From Octopus bimaculoides (taxonomy: Eukaryota), in contig NC_069007.1 of the NCBI RefSeq assembly GCF_001194135.2, forward strand, positions 12,053,184 through 12,117,183: 64,000 nucleotides of DNA, written 5' to 3'. The notes beneath the pieces are model-generated. The model made no database searches. It was not told where the DNA came from and was given only the letters and a program-made list of their open reading frames with translations. Numbering within the stretch: position 1 is the stretch's first letter; the number at the start of each line of letters is the position of its first letter. Shown here piece by piece: positions 12,147 through 25,215 of this stretch. The translations under genes and the position numbers were made by a program.

Positions 12147-13884
12147 TATCAAACACGAGCACGAAGCAAGCAAACACACAAAATTTCCAGTCCTCACAGT
12201 CCTCCCCTTACACTTCTGTTTCTCCCCTTCATTAAATTAGCCATTTAGCCATCGTCAACACTAATTAAATCACCATAGTAACATGAGATGTCACATCAAC
12301 ACAATCCTGTGAGTCATCTCAATAGATCCATATATTTCATGTGAAGGCTCCTCCCTTCCACTGTTAAACTACACCAGTTTATCTCAATTCCCGGTTTCCT
12401 CTAACTGGGTCTGTCTTTAAGTCCCAGGAATTCACTCATTTAACTTGTTGTTTGGTTTCTATTCCCACCCACTTGCTTCCTGTATATTGAACTAGGCCAT
12501 TTTCTCGACAACGTTGAGGATCATCTGCTCTGTATGTGTGTATGTGTGTATTAGCGTGTGAGATTATAGGTTTACTTAATCGTAGTTGACATGAGATTAA
12601 CGAAAACGCCAACCATAGAAAACATACCTACATTTATATATGTAGGTCAACTCTGCCTTACAGCATTGCAAGGTTGATAGAATAAGTACCAGTTGAGTAC
12701 TGGGGGTCAATGTAATTTACTTACCCCCCCCCCTCCCTTCGTCCACCCGTAATTGCTAGCCTTGTGCAAAAATTTGAAATCAATATATTGTCTGAGTCGG
12801 AAACAAACAAAGTTCCTCCCACACTAAGACAAATAATAATTGTATTCATTATAAAAACTTAATGATTTCCAATTTATTATTAAAAAAACTGTAATATAAT
12901 TAATCTATGGAGTCCTGTGGACAATCCAATAAATGGTAAATGTAGTGGTATTAAACTGGTAAAGTATCTGCTGCTACCTTTCATGTTTAATGTGTATATT
13001 AACACATGATGTTGTTAATACCAGTTTGGTGTCATGGGTGTAGATTTAGAAGACATAAAATACACATGCCGTAAAAGCAGAAAACATGTTGCCTTTAAAT
13101 GTTATTGCTGAGCCAGGAATGTATGTGTGTGGTGGTGGTGGTGGAGTTTGTGTGGGGGTGGGTGTGTTTGTGTCTGGTGTATGTGCATTGTGTGTGTGTG
13201 CATCTGGAGTGTTTGTGTGTGTATGTGTGTCTGGTGTGTGTGTATGTGTGTCTGGTGTGTGTGTATGTATGTCTGGTGTGTGCATTGTGTGTTATGTGTG
13301 TGTGTGTGTATATTGTATTTGTGGTTGTATGTGTGTTATATGCTAGTATGTACTATGTGTGTGTGTGTGTACTCACCTCAAATGACTGAGTTGATTTTAA
13401 GAGACATTAATTGCACGTGAGTATATAAATTGGTCATAAAATAATATAATATAATATACAGCATTTATTAAATATTATATTTTTATATAAAAATATAATA
13501 ATGTCTGAAATTTCATGAAAATTTTTGAAATTAATTTCTAACAGTCACAAAGCCAGAAGTTTAGGAGAGCGGGGGAAGTAGCAGGAAAGCAGTGAGGAAA
13601 CAGTAGTGAAGCAGCAGGGAAACAGTGGGGAGGCAGTAGATTGAATTAATCAAAGTACTTGATTGGTACTTTATTTTATCAACTCCAAATAGAACAAAGG
13701 TAAAGTTGACCTGGGCAAGGTTTGAACTCAGGGCGCAAACAGTTAAAACTAACTACAGCAAGGGGATAGATGGTCTTTAGCTTTTTTGTTTTAATTTATA
13801 TGAATGTCTGTGTATACATACATACATAAATACACATACATACATACATACATACATACATACATACACTCACACATGCATTCA

Positions 13885-14300
13885 TAGTGAATCCAAACAA
13901 ACAAGAAAAAGCAATAATGCAAGGACATGGTACAAGTACTGTATTATCAGATGCTCAGGAAAGGAAGGAAAGAGGATTTAATGTTTCGAGCGAGGCTCTT
14001 CTTCAGAAACAGAGGAAAATCCAAAGGAAGGGAAGACGGAGGAAGAGAATTACGATACACATGCGGTTAGTGTCTGTGTAGGTGTTGTTGGTGGCGCCAA
14101 AAAGGAAAAGAGGAAGAGAAAAGGGGAGGAGAGTGGAAGTAGAACAGAAAATTGGTAGAAGAAGGACGAGATAAAGTGAAAGAGTTACGGACAAATTGTA
14201 ATGATTCCCAATCAAGATGCAGAAATGGTGTAATCCGAATGAACTGGAACAGTAATCCGAAGGTAGAAGAATTCTGCAAATTAGGTACTCCAAAGTCAGT
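13885..14300 (-). mobile_element. Penelope-like element 3' remnant: degenerate ORF end, pyrimidine tract, hammerhead motif
   Basis: HHR motif at 13976-14010 downstream of a C/T-rich tract; sibling fragments at 14335, 20100-20290 and 63126. Confidence 0.6.
13976..14010 (-). ncRNA. Minimal type-I hammerhead motif, stem III mutated
   Basis: GUUU-CUGAAGA-A-GAGC(CUC)GCUC-GAA-ACAU-U/AAAU; ACAU is a CpG-type decay of palindromic ACGU. Confidence 0.65.
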
Positions 14301-14794
14301 CAGAAGGCCAGGATCCATGTGAGTATGCAGTATACAGTGAATCCAAAACAAAGAAGAAGAAACAATAACATGAGGACGGGGTACAAGTACTGGATACAAA
14401 CAAACAAACAAAAATACCCTGTTCTTGATGTTGACATTCCAGTAAAGAAGCCTTGGATCTAGGTTAGAAACCAATTCTTTCCCGATTGGCAAGAAATCTT
14501 GAAATAAAACTGAACAATGACATACATACATACTTACATTCATACATGCGTATATACATACTTACGTACTTACATACATATACACATGCAAACATACATA
14601 CATACATGATAGTATGGACAGGCCATATAACTACGTGCGTGTGATGTTGATGTTGAAATTCCAATGAAGGAGCCTTGCATCTAGGTTAGGGTTACATATA
14701 TATACATACATGCATGTATGGAACTTTCATCTAGCTCATCATATCAATCTCTTAGAAGCTGTTTAGAAATGTGCAACCAGACAAATAGACGCCA

Positions 14795-15283
14795 TCTGGC
14801 ATCTACCATACTCTGAATGTCTTGTTTCCCTGGGCATGGACTGGATATATTAAGGCTCTGATGTCTGACAACTGACTTGGTAGACACTTACAAGATTATT
14901 CACCATCTTTCCAACAACCACCTTAGGCACGTTTTTCAATTCTATATGTCTAACACTTGTAGACATGCTTACAAAAATCAGAAGACTAACACTGCATCCA
15001 TGACTTTCAGAAAAGTATTTTTCACGCTCAGAATCACTGAAGCATGGAATAAACTACCCACATCAGTTATCTGTTGATACACTACATTCTTCAAAACTTC
15101 CATGCTTCCTGAAATTCACCAACAGTACACCTGATGCCCCACCCAACCCCATTTCTTCAGAGGTTTTTTTTAAGTCTTATTCACTGTTCACTTCCTGACC
15201 ATATTCTATGTACTGTTCATGCACTTTTTTTGGCTACTTTTTGCCATGAGCTGTAGTGCACCTGGGCACTGTATACAATAAGT

Positions 15284-15317
<34 letters not shown>

Positions 15318-15320
15318 GAT
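14795..15320 (+). pseudogene. CR1-group LINE 3' end with (TAT)n tail
   Basis: DLVDTYKII...FRKVFFTLRITEAWNKLPTSVI...FFKTS matches the typical CR1 RT C-terminus; followed by 3' UTR and (TAT)n. Confidence 0.8.
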
Positions 15321-15344
15321 CATCATCATTATTATTATTATTCC

Positions 15345-15603
15345 TTCGTAACACAGTGTAGGTAAAAATGCACCGGAGTCTTTAGTCATCTGTCAAGTTA
15401 CAACAAGGTCTTCAGACAGATAATACTTTCCTTAAGATGTGCGCTGTGCCCAATAAGACTTCTTTTCGCAAGACATCGATCTTGTATGGAATTTCCAGTT
15501 GCCTTAAGAAATCTTGAAGTTTCAATTTGATTGATCCCAACGCTCCGATCACCACTGGTATCACTTTTACATTACCCTCTCACAGTCCATACAGTCTTAC
15601 CAT
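15345..15603 (-). pseudogene. Restriction-like-endonuclease (R2/R4/Hero-type) non-LTR element, 3' end
   Basis: VKVIPVVIGALGSIKLKLQDFLRQLEIPYKIDVLRKEVLLGTAHILRKVLSV* is the characteristic RLE C-terminus. Confidence 0.8.
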
Positions 15604-15869
15604 NNNNNNNNNNNNNNNNNNNNNNNNNNNNNNNNNNNNNNNNNNNNNNNNNNNNNNNNNNNNNNNNNNNNNNNNNNNNNNNNNNNNNNNNNNNNNNNNN
15701 NNNNNNNNTATGGAATTTCCAGTTGCCTTAAGAAATCTTGAAGTTTCAATTTGATTGATCCCAACGCTCCGATCACCACTGGTATCACTTTTACATTACC
15801 CTCTCACAGTCCATACAGTCTTACCATTTCCAAATATTATTGTTGTTGTTGTTATCATCATCATTATCA

Positions 15870-16170
15870 GCGAGGATGCATGGCCTAGTGGTTAGAGTGT
15901 TGTATTCACAATTTCAAGATCATGGTTTCAGTTCCTCGACCGGGTGGTGTGTTGTGTTCTTGAGCAAAGCACTCCATCTCACGCTTCTCTGCGATCACTT
16001 CGACACCTGACGTGTGGCACACCGTGCACCCGTCCAGGCAACATCGATTTGATGGCGAGAGTGAGCTAATGTGCCGCACAAGCATTTCAACACTACAAAA
16101 AAATCCTTTGTGCAGGTCGTTTGGCAAAAGGTAAATGCTCATACGTTGTCTTCAATGGTTGAGGCCATCA
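15870..16170 (+). mobile_element. Family-H tRNA-derived CORE-like SINE
   Basis: tggcctagtggttagagtg...ggtttcagttcc head, then gttgtgttcttgagcaaagcactcc. Confidence 0.65.
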
Positions 16171-16207
<37 letters not shown>

Positions 16208-16420
16208 CTGATTTAACATCCACTTTCCTTACCATGTTTGCATGGGGCAAAGTAACACACACGCACACATCCACACACTCATGCACACACACACACATAT
16301 ACATAAATATAAATGACCAAACAGACTCCAAGGAGACCAGTGATTGTTTGTGTTGGCAAGACATTTCTTATGTTGTGCAATCAATATAAAGAGGACAGAA
16401 CTATCTGGGAGGTGTGGAAA

Positions 16421-16456
16421 ATCTGATGTTTCAGACACAGGCCTTCTTTGAGGGAA
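16421..16456 (-). ncRNA. Degenerate hammerhead-like motif
   Basis: uuccCUCAAAGA-AGGC(cugu)GUCU-GAAACAUC/aga; core and stem III altered. Confidence 0.35.
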
Positions 16457-16679
16457 AAGTTGAGAGAAATTAAAGAGAAATGGCAGAGCTTTAGGTCCTC
16501 TAAAATAGAAATGATGGGCTTCTTTCTGCCAAATCCACTTAGAACACTTCTCCATTTTAGCTAGCCTGGGACCACAATGTTGCGTAATGGGACCAAACTT
16601 CAAACTAAATGGTTGTGAAGCAAAGCAAAAATCTTAACCACGCAGCTACGCCTACACCAACACACACACACACATATAT

Positions 16680-17560
16680 TCTTTTATTTGTTTCAGTCAT
16701 TTGATTGTGGCCATGCTGGAGCACCGCCTTTAGTCAAGCAAATTGACGTCAGTACTTATTCTATCGGTCTCTATTGCCAAACTGCTAAGTTACAGGGACG
16801 CAAACACATCAACATCGGTTGTCAAGCGATGGTGCTGGGACAAAGACAGACACAAACACACATATATGACGGGCTTCTTTCAGTTTCCATCTACCAAATC
16901 CACTCACAAAGCTTTGGTCAGCCCGAGGCTATAGCAGAAGACACTTACCCAAGGTGCCACGCAGTGGGACTGAACCCAGAACCATGCAGTTGGGAAGCAA
17001 GCTACTTACCACACAGCCACTCCTACACACTCACCCACATATATGTGTGTGTGTGTGTGTATGTATGAACATACACATTCATATATGTACATATATATAT
17101 ATATATATACATATATATAAATCAAAGTACGCTTTACAGGCTTTTACAAAGAAATTCAAATGTAATGTAATATAAGGTACAACTAATATTATATTTAAAA
17201 CATATATATGTATACATACATGCCATGTATATATTCTTTTATTCTTTTAGTCATTTGACTGTGACCATGCTGGAGCACCACCATTAGTCAAAGAAATTGA
17301 CCCCAGGATTATTCTTTGTAAGCCTAGTACTTATCCTATCAGTCTTTTTTGCCAAACTGCTAAGTTACGGGGATGCAAACACATCAACATTGGTTGTCAA
17401 ACATACACGCACATACACGCACAAACATACACGCACAAACATACACGCACACAAACACAAGGCTATAGTAGAAAATTTACCCAAGGTGCCTGCAGTGGTA
17501 ATGAACCTGGAACCATGTGGTTGGTAAACAAGCTACTTACCACACAGCCACTCCTAAGCC
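16680..17560 (-). mobile_element. Two family-B SINEs
   Basis: Reverse-complement tail (gactgtggccatgctggagcacc) and head motifs, twice. Confidence 0.8.
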
Positions 17561-17679
17561 TATACATCTGTATATGTATTGTATACAAATATATATGTAG
17601 GTATATACATATGTGTGTGTGTTTGTATGTAATATATATATATATTTATTTTTTATTTATGCACCCTTTTCAAGCCTAA

Positions 17680-17960
17680 CCAGGCTCATGGGCCCGGTTT
17701 CTATAGTGTATGTGTGCACCCCCCGCCCTAGCTGGATGGGACGCCAGTCCATCGCAGCATTACTCAAGAAACAGGAAGAAAGAGTGAGAGAAAGTTAGGG
17801 CAAAACTGTACAACAGGGGTCGCCACCTACCCCTGCTGGAGCCATGTGGAGCTTTAGGTGTTTTCGATCAATAAACACACACAACGCCCTGTCTGGGAAT
17901 CGAAACTGCGATATTCCAACCATGAGTCCGCTGCCCTAACCACTGGGCCATTGCACCTCC
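17680..17960 (-). mobile_element. Family-E SINE variant (partial)
   Basis: ttcccgactcg...ccactgggccattgcacctcc head reversed; related piece at 50600-50830. Confidence 0.7.
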
Positions 17961-18004
17961 ACATATACATATATATATATATTTACACACATGCATACAT
18001 ACAT

Positions 18005-18045
<41 letters not shown>

Positions 18046-18468
18046 GGTACATACATCACAATATGTCTATGTATTGGCCTATATTATTAAATTCATAACG
18101 TTCAATGAACTCCTCTATAAACTTCATCTATTTTTATGAACTTTTATTAACAACTTTTGTTGTTCCTTAATGTTGTTCATCTCATTGCTTTCTTAACATC
18201 ATTCTATATTGTTTTCTCTCTGTTATTNNNNNNNNNNNNNNNNNNNNNNNNNNNNNNNNNNNNNNNNNNNNNNNNNNNNNNNNNNNNNNNNNNNNNNNNN
18301 NNNNNNNNNNNNNNNNNNNNNNNNNNNNNNNNNNNNNNNNNNNNNNNNNNNNNNNNNNNNNNNNNNNNNNNNNNNNNNNNNNNNNNNNNNNNNNNNNNNN
18401 NNNNNNNNNNNNNNNNNNNNNNNNNNNNNNNNNNNNNNNNNNNNNNNNNNNNNNNNNNNNNNNNNNNN

Positions 18469-18504
<36 letters not shown>

Positions 18505-18884
18505 ACGCTCTCACTCACACACTCATATTGATATAGGTATATATCTACATATATACATTCACAGAGAGCATATGTCAGCTATTGATTGCCTTGTTTATGG
18601 CTTTTAATATATATTTGACTGTTTTTTTTTCTTTTTGCCAAAGTCTTCTTGTAAAATGAGAAAGTATTTCATTTCAATATATATATTTTGGGTTGGTTAT
18701 TATCTTCCACTTCATTGGATTATATACAGTCACGCTGTATATATGTGTGTGTGCATGAATGTATATAGATATAGATAGGTAGATAGATAGATAGATATTC
18801 GCACATATATATGTATATACATATGTACATACATACATACATGCACTTATATGAACATCTATCTGTATATATATATATATATAT

Positions 18885-19200
18885 ATCATCACCATCATAG
18901 CATCCACTTTTCCACACTTGTATGGGTCCCATGGAGTTTGACAAGGCATATTTTCTACAGCTGGATGCTCTTTCTGGCACCAACCCTTACCTGTCTGCAA
19001 GCAAGGCAATATTTCGCCATGGCCAGACATGTTTGTAAAACTGGCTTGGAGTGGTTGGCATTAAGAGGGGCATCCAGCTGTAAGAAGCCATGCTAAATCA
19101 GTTTGGAGTCTGGTACAGTTCTCCAGCTTACCAATTTACAGTCAAACCGTCCAACCCATGCCAGCATGGGAAATGGACGTTAAATGATGATGATAATGAT
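18885..19200. mobile_element. Inverted pair of family-F fragments
   Basis: tacagctggatgctctttctggcaccaacc (-) and ggttggcattaagaggggcatccagctgta (+). Confidence 0.7.
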
Positions 19201-20176
19201 GTATGTATGTGTAATTAGACATAAAATTTTCCAGATCCATTAGAATCAAGTTATTTTTATAACTGGCACTGAAATGAAACGTCAATATGCATTATATACC
19301 ATTTGTGTGAAATATTCTAAATGTTAAATTCTACACTGAATTCATTTGTTCATCAGTAAAAACATGTTGGAAACAGCTGTAGTGATCCTCAACCCATTTC
19401 TGTGTTATATATATCACCATCGTATATATATTCTTTTATTCCTTTATTCTTTTACTTGTTTCAATCATTTGACTGCAGCCATGCTGGAGCACCACCTTAA
19501 AGGGTTTTAGTCAAAGAAATTTGGCCCCCAGGACTTATTCCTTGTAACCTTAGTACTTATTCTATTATTCTGTTTTGCTGAAGCGCTAAGTTATGGGGAC
19601 ATAAACACACCAGCATTGGTTGTCAAGTGATGGTGTGGGGAGAAACACACACACATAAATATATTATATGTAGTGAGAATTTACAAAAAAATAGAACACA
19701 AAGACGGGTGTGTAAACAACAAACAGATGTATGAGTTTAATGCTCAGAAAATGAGAAAGTCTTTTATGTTTCNNNNNNNNNNNNNNNNNNNNNNNNNNNN
19801 NNNNNNNNNNNNNNNNNNNNNAAAAATAAACAGAGAGAGAAAATAGAAAATATATATATATGAGAAGAAGAAGAAAATGGAGATTGTGAAGTTAATATGA
19901 GTTTATTATCAACAACAAATCGAGAGTTGCTTCAATTATACACAGTGAATTAATAAAATATTAATTTCATATCTCTGAGCATAATATCATTAGAGGGAAC
20001 AAAAAATATACCAACAGGTATTTATATGCTTGTTTATGGATTCATTATAGAAGACTATATATAATTAATAAAAAATTAAAAAAAACTAAGAAAAAACACA
20101 ACAATAAAAAAACAACAGTGCGAGGATGTGATACATGCAAAGTATTAACAGACACTCAGGGAAAGAAAGAAAGGTA

Positions 20177-20211
20177 GTTTTATATTTCGAGCAAAGCTCT
20201 TCTTCTGAAAC
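20177..20211 (-). ncRNA. Minimal hammerhead motif with core substitution, in a Penelope-like fragment
   Basis: GUUU-CAGAAGA-A-GAGC(UUU)GCUC-GAA-AUAU-A/AAAC; palindromic AUAU stem III; U4>A. Confidence 0.6.
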
Positions 20212-20769
20212 AGGAGACAGAAGAGAGTTCAAGAGAAAAGGAAGATGGAGGAAAAAAATCACCGATGATGCACGTGTAGTTACATTTTGTATATATACAA
20301 CAAGCTTCCTTCAATTTCCATCAACCAAATCCACTCACAAAGCTTTGGTCAGCTGAAGGCTATGGTAGAAGACACTTGCCCAAGGTGCCACAATGTGGGA
20401 CTGAACTCAGAACCATGTGATTGGGAAGCAAACTTCTTACCACACAGCCACACTTGTGCCTTTGTATATATTTATAAAAAAGTGGTTGTCCTTCAGTGTC
20501 TGTCTAATAAATTCACTCAAACATCTTTGCTTAACCTAAGACTATATTAGAAGACACTTGCAGTGGGATTGAAACCAAAACTGCTTAGTTGGGAAGTAAA
20601 CTTCTTAACTACCCGTCCTTGTCTGCACCTATATCCAGTGGGTTAAAGAATTGAGAATAGCCCAAAGTGAGATTTGAACTGGGAATTTTGAGAGCAAAGA
20701 TATAATATTCTTCAACAGTTGGCATAATACCAAGACCCCAACATCACCACCAAGATACAGGACCAGATA

Positions 20770-20980
20770 TTTTTTCTACTTTAGGCACAAGGCCCGGAAC
20801 TTTGGGGGAGAGGGCCAGTCAATTAGATTGACCTCAATACACAACTGGTACTTAATTTATTGACCTTGAAAGGATAAAATGCAAAGTCAACCTCGGCAGA
20901 ATTTGAACTCAGAATGTAAAGACAGACGAAATACTGCTTAGCATTTCGCCTGGCGTGCTAACAATTCTGCCAGCGCCTCG
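20770..20980 (-). mobile_element. Family-A SINE
   Basis: Reverse complement of the full head, core and tail. Confidence 0.85.
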
Positions 20981-21039
20981 CCTTAATACAGAACCAGATA
21001 CTGCAACAGCTTGGGTTTCAAGGGCCTACAGCTCTTTAA

Positions 21040-21261
21040 ACCTTACTTTACCGTATTTTTTTTGAGATGCTCTGTGTTTCTTTCAATTAATCTTAAATAT
21101 AACAAAGAATTTAGTAAAATAACTTAGTTATCATTAAGCTAGTGTTAGGAACATAAATTGTGACTAAGGTTTGGTGGAAGATTTTAATTCAAAGCTTATG
21201 AAAACAAGACATTTGTATTACAGAGCCAGAGACAGTTTCAGCTGGATTGGTATCGAAAGGG
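21040..21261. mobile_element. piggyBac-type MITE, copy 1
   Basis: Internal sequence near-identical to 41192-41412; right end ggtatcgaaaggg followed by TTAA. Confidence 0.75.
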
Positions 21262-21274
21262 TTAATATCCTCCC

Positions 21275-21520
21275 TAAAAGTTTGAGAGACTAACACATGG
21301 CAGATGTAGGTGTCTTCAAATCAAATCTGGATTGCCTGCTGTCGAGAGTTCCAGATGAACCTACCTCATGGCAAGAAAAGCAGATGCAGGCAACAGATTC
21401 AAACTCCCTCATTCACCGAATGCCACATATCAGAGGGGGTTTTAAATAATGACGGTGTAGCGAAAAGCTAACGGTGATGCCCCAACATGGTCGTAGCTCT
21501 CGTGCTGAAACTAGTTAAAA
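21275..21520 (+). pseudogene. Non-LTR (CR1/L2/I-group-like) 3' remnant
   Basis: VGVFKSNLDCLLSRVPDEPTSWQEKQMQATDSNSLIH resembles the LINE C-terminal FK..LD..L..VPDEP...SNSL motif; terminus resembles the family-B SINE tail. Confidence 0.65.
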
Positions 21521-23689
21521 TTTAATCCATGAGATGTCAGTCTTCAATCACTGCCAATTTTGTCAACATTTAATGAAAATTTTTCTAATATTCTACAAAA
21601 ATTTGCTAATTATGGAATGCATTGTGTCAACTCAGGTGAAATTTGAACCAGAAAGTCTGAGAAGTGAAACAAAATAGCAAGAGACAGCTTAATCCTTCTA
21701 ATACTGCTCAAGCATTTCCATCGGTTCTTCCGACACTTAACAAGTGTATTCTAATAATATTTGATGAAATTGCTAATTGATTAATTAATGAAGATCAACT
21801 AATATGTCAGTGAAGGCCATCAAGTCACCAGCATATGATATCAATTTTTGAGTGACAATCATTTTGAAGGTCACGTGCTTAGCTGCTGCTGCTGCTACTG
21901 GAAATATCGCAGCTTTTAAACATGGTACCCCTTGAATGGTAGTTGTATATTTATCAAGTACCTCTTAATTGTAGCAGGAGAGAGAGGGAGAGACAGAGAG
22001 ACGTGTGTGTGTGGGGGGGGGATAGCTGCTTTGGTTTTCTTTTACTATTTCATTTGTTTATGTCCATATTTATTTTATCTGTCAATAAACAGATTTTCAC
22101 TTTGAGCAGTGGTGTTACTTCAGTGAAACTGTTCCCAATGCGAGACATTATTTAAACGAGAGACCATATTTAATGGAGAAGCCACAGTGATGAAGTACGT
22201 GGTGTAAGTGTGTGTGGGGGGGGGAGGTAGACATTGGAATCGGGAGAGGGGTTGTATGAGCGGGTGCATATGTATGTGTCCGTGTTTGATGGTAGGGATT
22301 ATGTGCATGCATATACACATGTAGATATGTATGTGTATACATACAGATGTATATGTAGATGTGTGTGTGTGTCTATATCTATTTATCCATATATATATAT
22401 ATGTATTGAATTGGCCATGCTGGGGCACCACCATTTAGTGTTGCTACATAATTTTCACTTCATACACACACACACACATATATGGTGCAGCTCCCCCGCT
22501 TGCCAGCTCTGGTCAAATCCAACCCATGCCAGCATGGACAACAGATGTTAAATGATGATGATGATGATGATGATGATGATGTGTCCTTCTAATTGTTGTT
22601 TCTCTTGTCCGCCTTTGTGTCGTCTATCTGTCCAAACATTTTAATGCCCTCTACTGCGCTTTTGTTGCATTTTCATATATATATATANNNNNNNNNNNNN
22701 NNNNNNNNNNNNNNNNNNNNNNNNNNNNNNNNNNNNNNNNNNNNNNNNNNNNNNNNNNNNNNNNNNNNNNNNNNNNNNNNNNNNNNNNNNNNNNNNNNNN
22801 NNNNNNNNNNNNNNNNNNNNNNNNNNNNNNNNNNNNNNNNNNNNNNNNNNNNNNNNNNNNNNNNNNNNNNNNNNNNNNNNNNNNNNNNNNNNNNNNNNNN
22901 NNNNNNNNNNNNNNNNNNNNNNNNNNNNNNNNNNNNNNNNNNNNNNNNNNNNNNNNNNNNNNNNNNNNNNNNNNNNNNNNNNNNNNNNNNNNNNNNNNNN
23001 NNNNNNNNNNNNNNNNNNNNNNNNNNNNNNNNNNNNNNNNNNNNNNNNNNNNNNNNNNNNNNNNNNNNNNNNNNNNNNNNNNNNNNNNNNNNNNNNNNNN
23101 NNNNNNNNNNNNNNNNNNNNNNNNNNNNNNNNNNNNNNNNNNNNNNNNNNNNNNNNNNNNNNNNNNNNNNNNNNNACAGGAACGGTGTATGGTGGTGGTG
23201 AGAGGAACAGTGTTAGGGCAGGGAAAAGTAATAGACAAAAGAGTGGAAACAAAAAGTGGGGGGTATGTATACATACATATATATATATGTGTATATATGT
23301 GCGTATATAGATAGATAGATAGATAGACTGTTAGGGCAAGGAGAAATAATGGGGAAAGAGAGGGGAAACTGTACACTTAGGTAAATATACACACATAAAT
23401 GTACATACAATATATATATTTATATGCACACGTGTGTGTGTGTGTACATATACACACAAATATATACACACACACATAAATACATACGTTTATGTGTGTT
23501 TGTACGTATGTATAATTCTCACTCAAACATATGTGTATTTGTGTGTATCTATATATGTATATAACAATACCGACACACTGTTGCTTAGAACAATAAAAAA
23601 TAGCGATAGATTCTCAATCAATATGTTTGATAGACAAGAATAACAACAACAACAGCTCTAACTACCGTAGCATATGGGACAATGTGCTT

Positions 23690-24316
23690 GCCTCCATGTG
23701 GCGGCTACAGCGGCTAGAAATAGCTACCAAATCTCCCTCAGTTTACACTCCTGTCATCTTCAGAAAGGCGTGGACACATTGCACAGTATAATCATACATA
23801 TATAGGAATAGTGGATGGTCACGGTTGGAGTGCTTTCGATGCTAACACTGCTCAGTCAAGGCGACTAACAACTTTAAAATTACAAGTCGAGGAACGAGCC
23901 TGTATGTGGTCGATGAATCCGCTAGAAATAGCAGCCGAATCATATTTTTGAGCAATAAAACGATAGAAATGCACGTTAAATAACGTTGTCTTGAATATTA
24001 TACCACGTTGGAAAACGAAGGGATGATCACGGCTGGAAGGCTTTTCATCGTTGGTTTGCTCAGTCAGCGTTGACTCTGGTTAAACAGCAACAACAGTAGC
24101 AGCAGCAGCTGCTTCTGGTGCTGCTACATCAGAAACGGCTGCAACAACAACAACGACATCTGCAACAGCTGCTTGCGAATCATCATCATCATTAGCAGCA
24201 GCAACAATTGTAATCAGAAAATGCGGCGGCAAACAGGAACCTACTCGTGGCGGTTGAACCTGCAAGAAATAGCAGCCAAAACTCCGTCGAATCACGCTCT
24301 GCCGTCTTAAAAAAAA
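23690..24316 (+). mobile_element. Three tandem family-D SINE-like copies, CpG-rich
   Basis: gctagaaatagctaccaaatc, cgctagaaatagcagccgaatc and gcaagaaatagcagccaaaactc. Confidence 0.7.
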
Positions 24317-25057
24317 NNNNNNNNNNNNNNNNNNNNNNNNNNNNNNNNNNNNNNNNNNNNNNNNNNNNNNNNNNNNNNNNNNNNNNNNNNNNNNNNNNNN
24401 NNNNNNNNNNNNNNNNNNNNNNNNNNNNNNNNNNNNNNNNNNNNNNNNNNNNNNNNNNNNNNNNNNNNNNNNNNNNNNNNNNNNNNNNNNNNNNNNNNNN
24501 NNNNNNNNNNNNNNNNNNNNNNNNNNNNNNNNNNNNNNNNNNNNNNNNNNNNNNNNNNNNNNNNNNNNNNNNNNNNNNNNNNNNNNNNNNNNNNNNNNNN
24601 NNNNNNNNNNNNNNNNNNNNNNNNNNNNNNNNNNNNNNNNNNNNNNNNNNNNNNNNNNNNNNNNNNNNNNNNNNNNNNNNNNNNNNNNNNNNNNNNNNNN
24701 NNNNNNNNNNNNNNNNNNNNNNNNNNNNNNNNNNNNNNNNNNNNNNNNNNNNNNNNNNNNNNNNNNNNNNNNNNNNNNNNNNNNNNNNNNNNNNNNNNNN
24801 NNNNNNNNNNNNNNNNNNNNNNNNNNNNNNNNNNNNNNNNNNNNNNNNNNNNNNNNNNNNNNNNNNNNNNNNNNNNNNNNNNNNNNNNNNNNNNNNNNNN
24901 NNNNNNNNNNNNNNNNNNNNNNNNNNNNNNNNNNNNNNNNNNNNNNNNNNNNNNNNNNNNNNNNNNNNNNNNNNNNNNNNNNNNNGCCTGATGCTTTTAT
25001 AGGGGCGGTAATTTATAAGGAAAAATCTGTACAATATGTTGTATTTTATGTGGGGAT

Positions 25058-25215
25058 AGGGCCGGCTCAAGGTACCGGCAACACGGACAGTTGTCCGGGG
25101 TGCCATGTGCTAGGGGCTGCCAAGGAGGACGTGACAAAGAAATTTCCACCACCGCCAGCTTGTACACGTCGAAGTTCAGCTTGCTCGGGGCACCAGCAAC
25201 CCTAGGGCCGGCCCT
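25058..25215. mobile_element. Short GC-rich MITE
   Basis: TIRs agggccggctcaagg / cctagggccggccct; TSD not evident. Confidence 0.6.
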
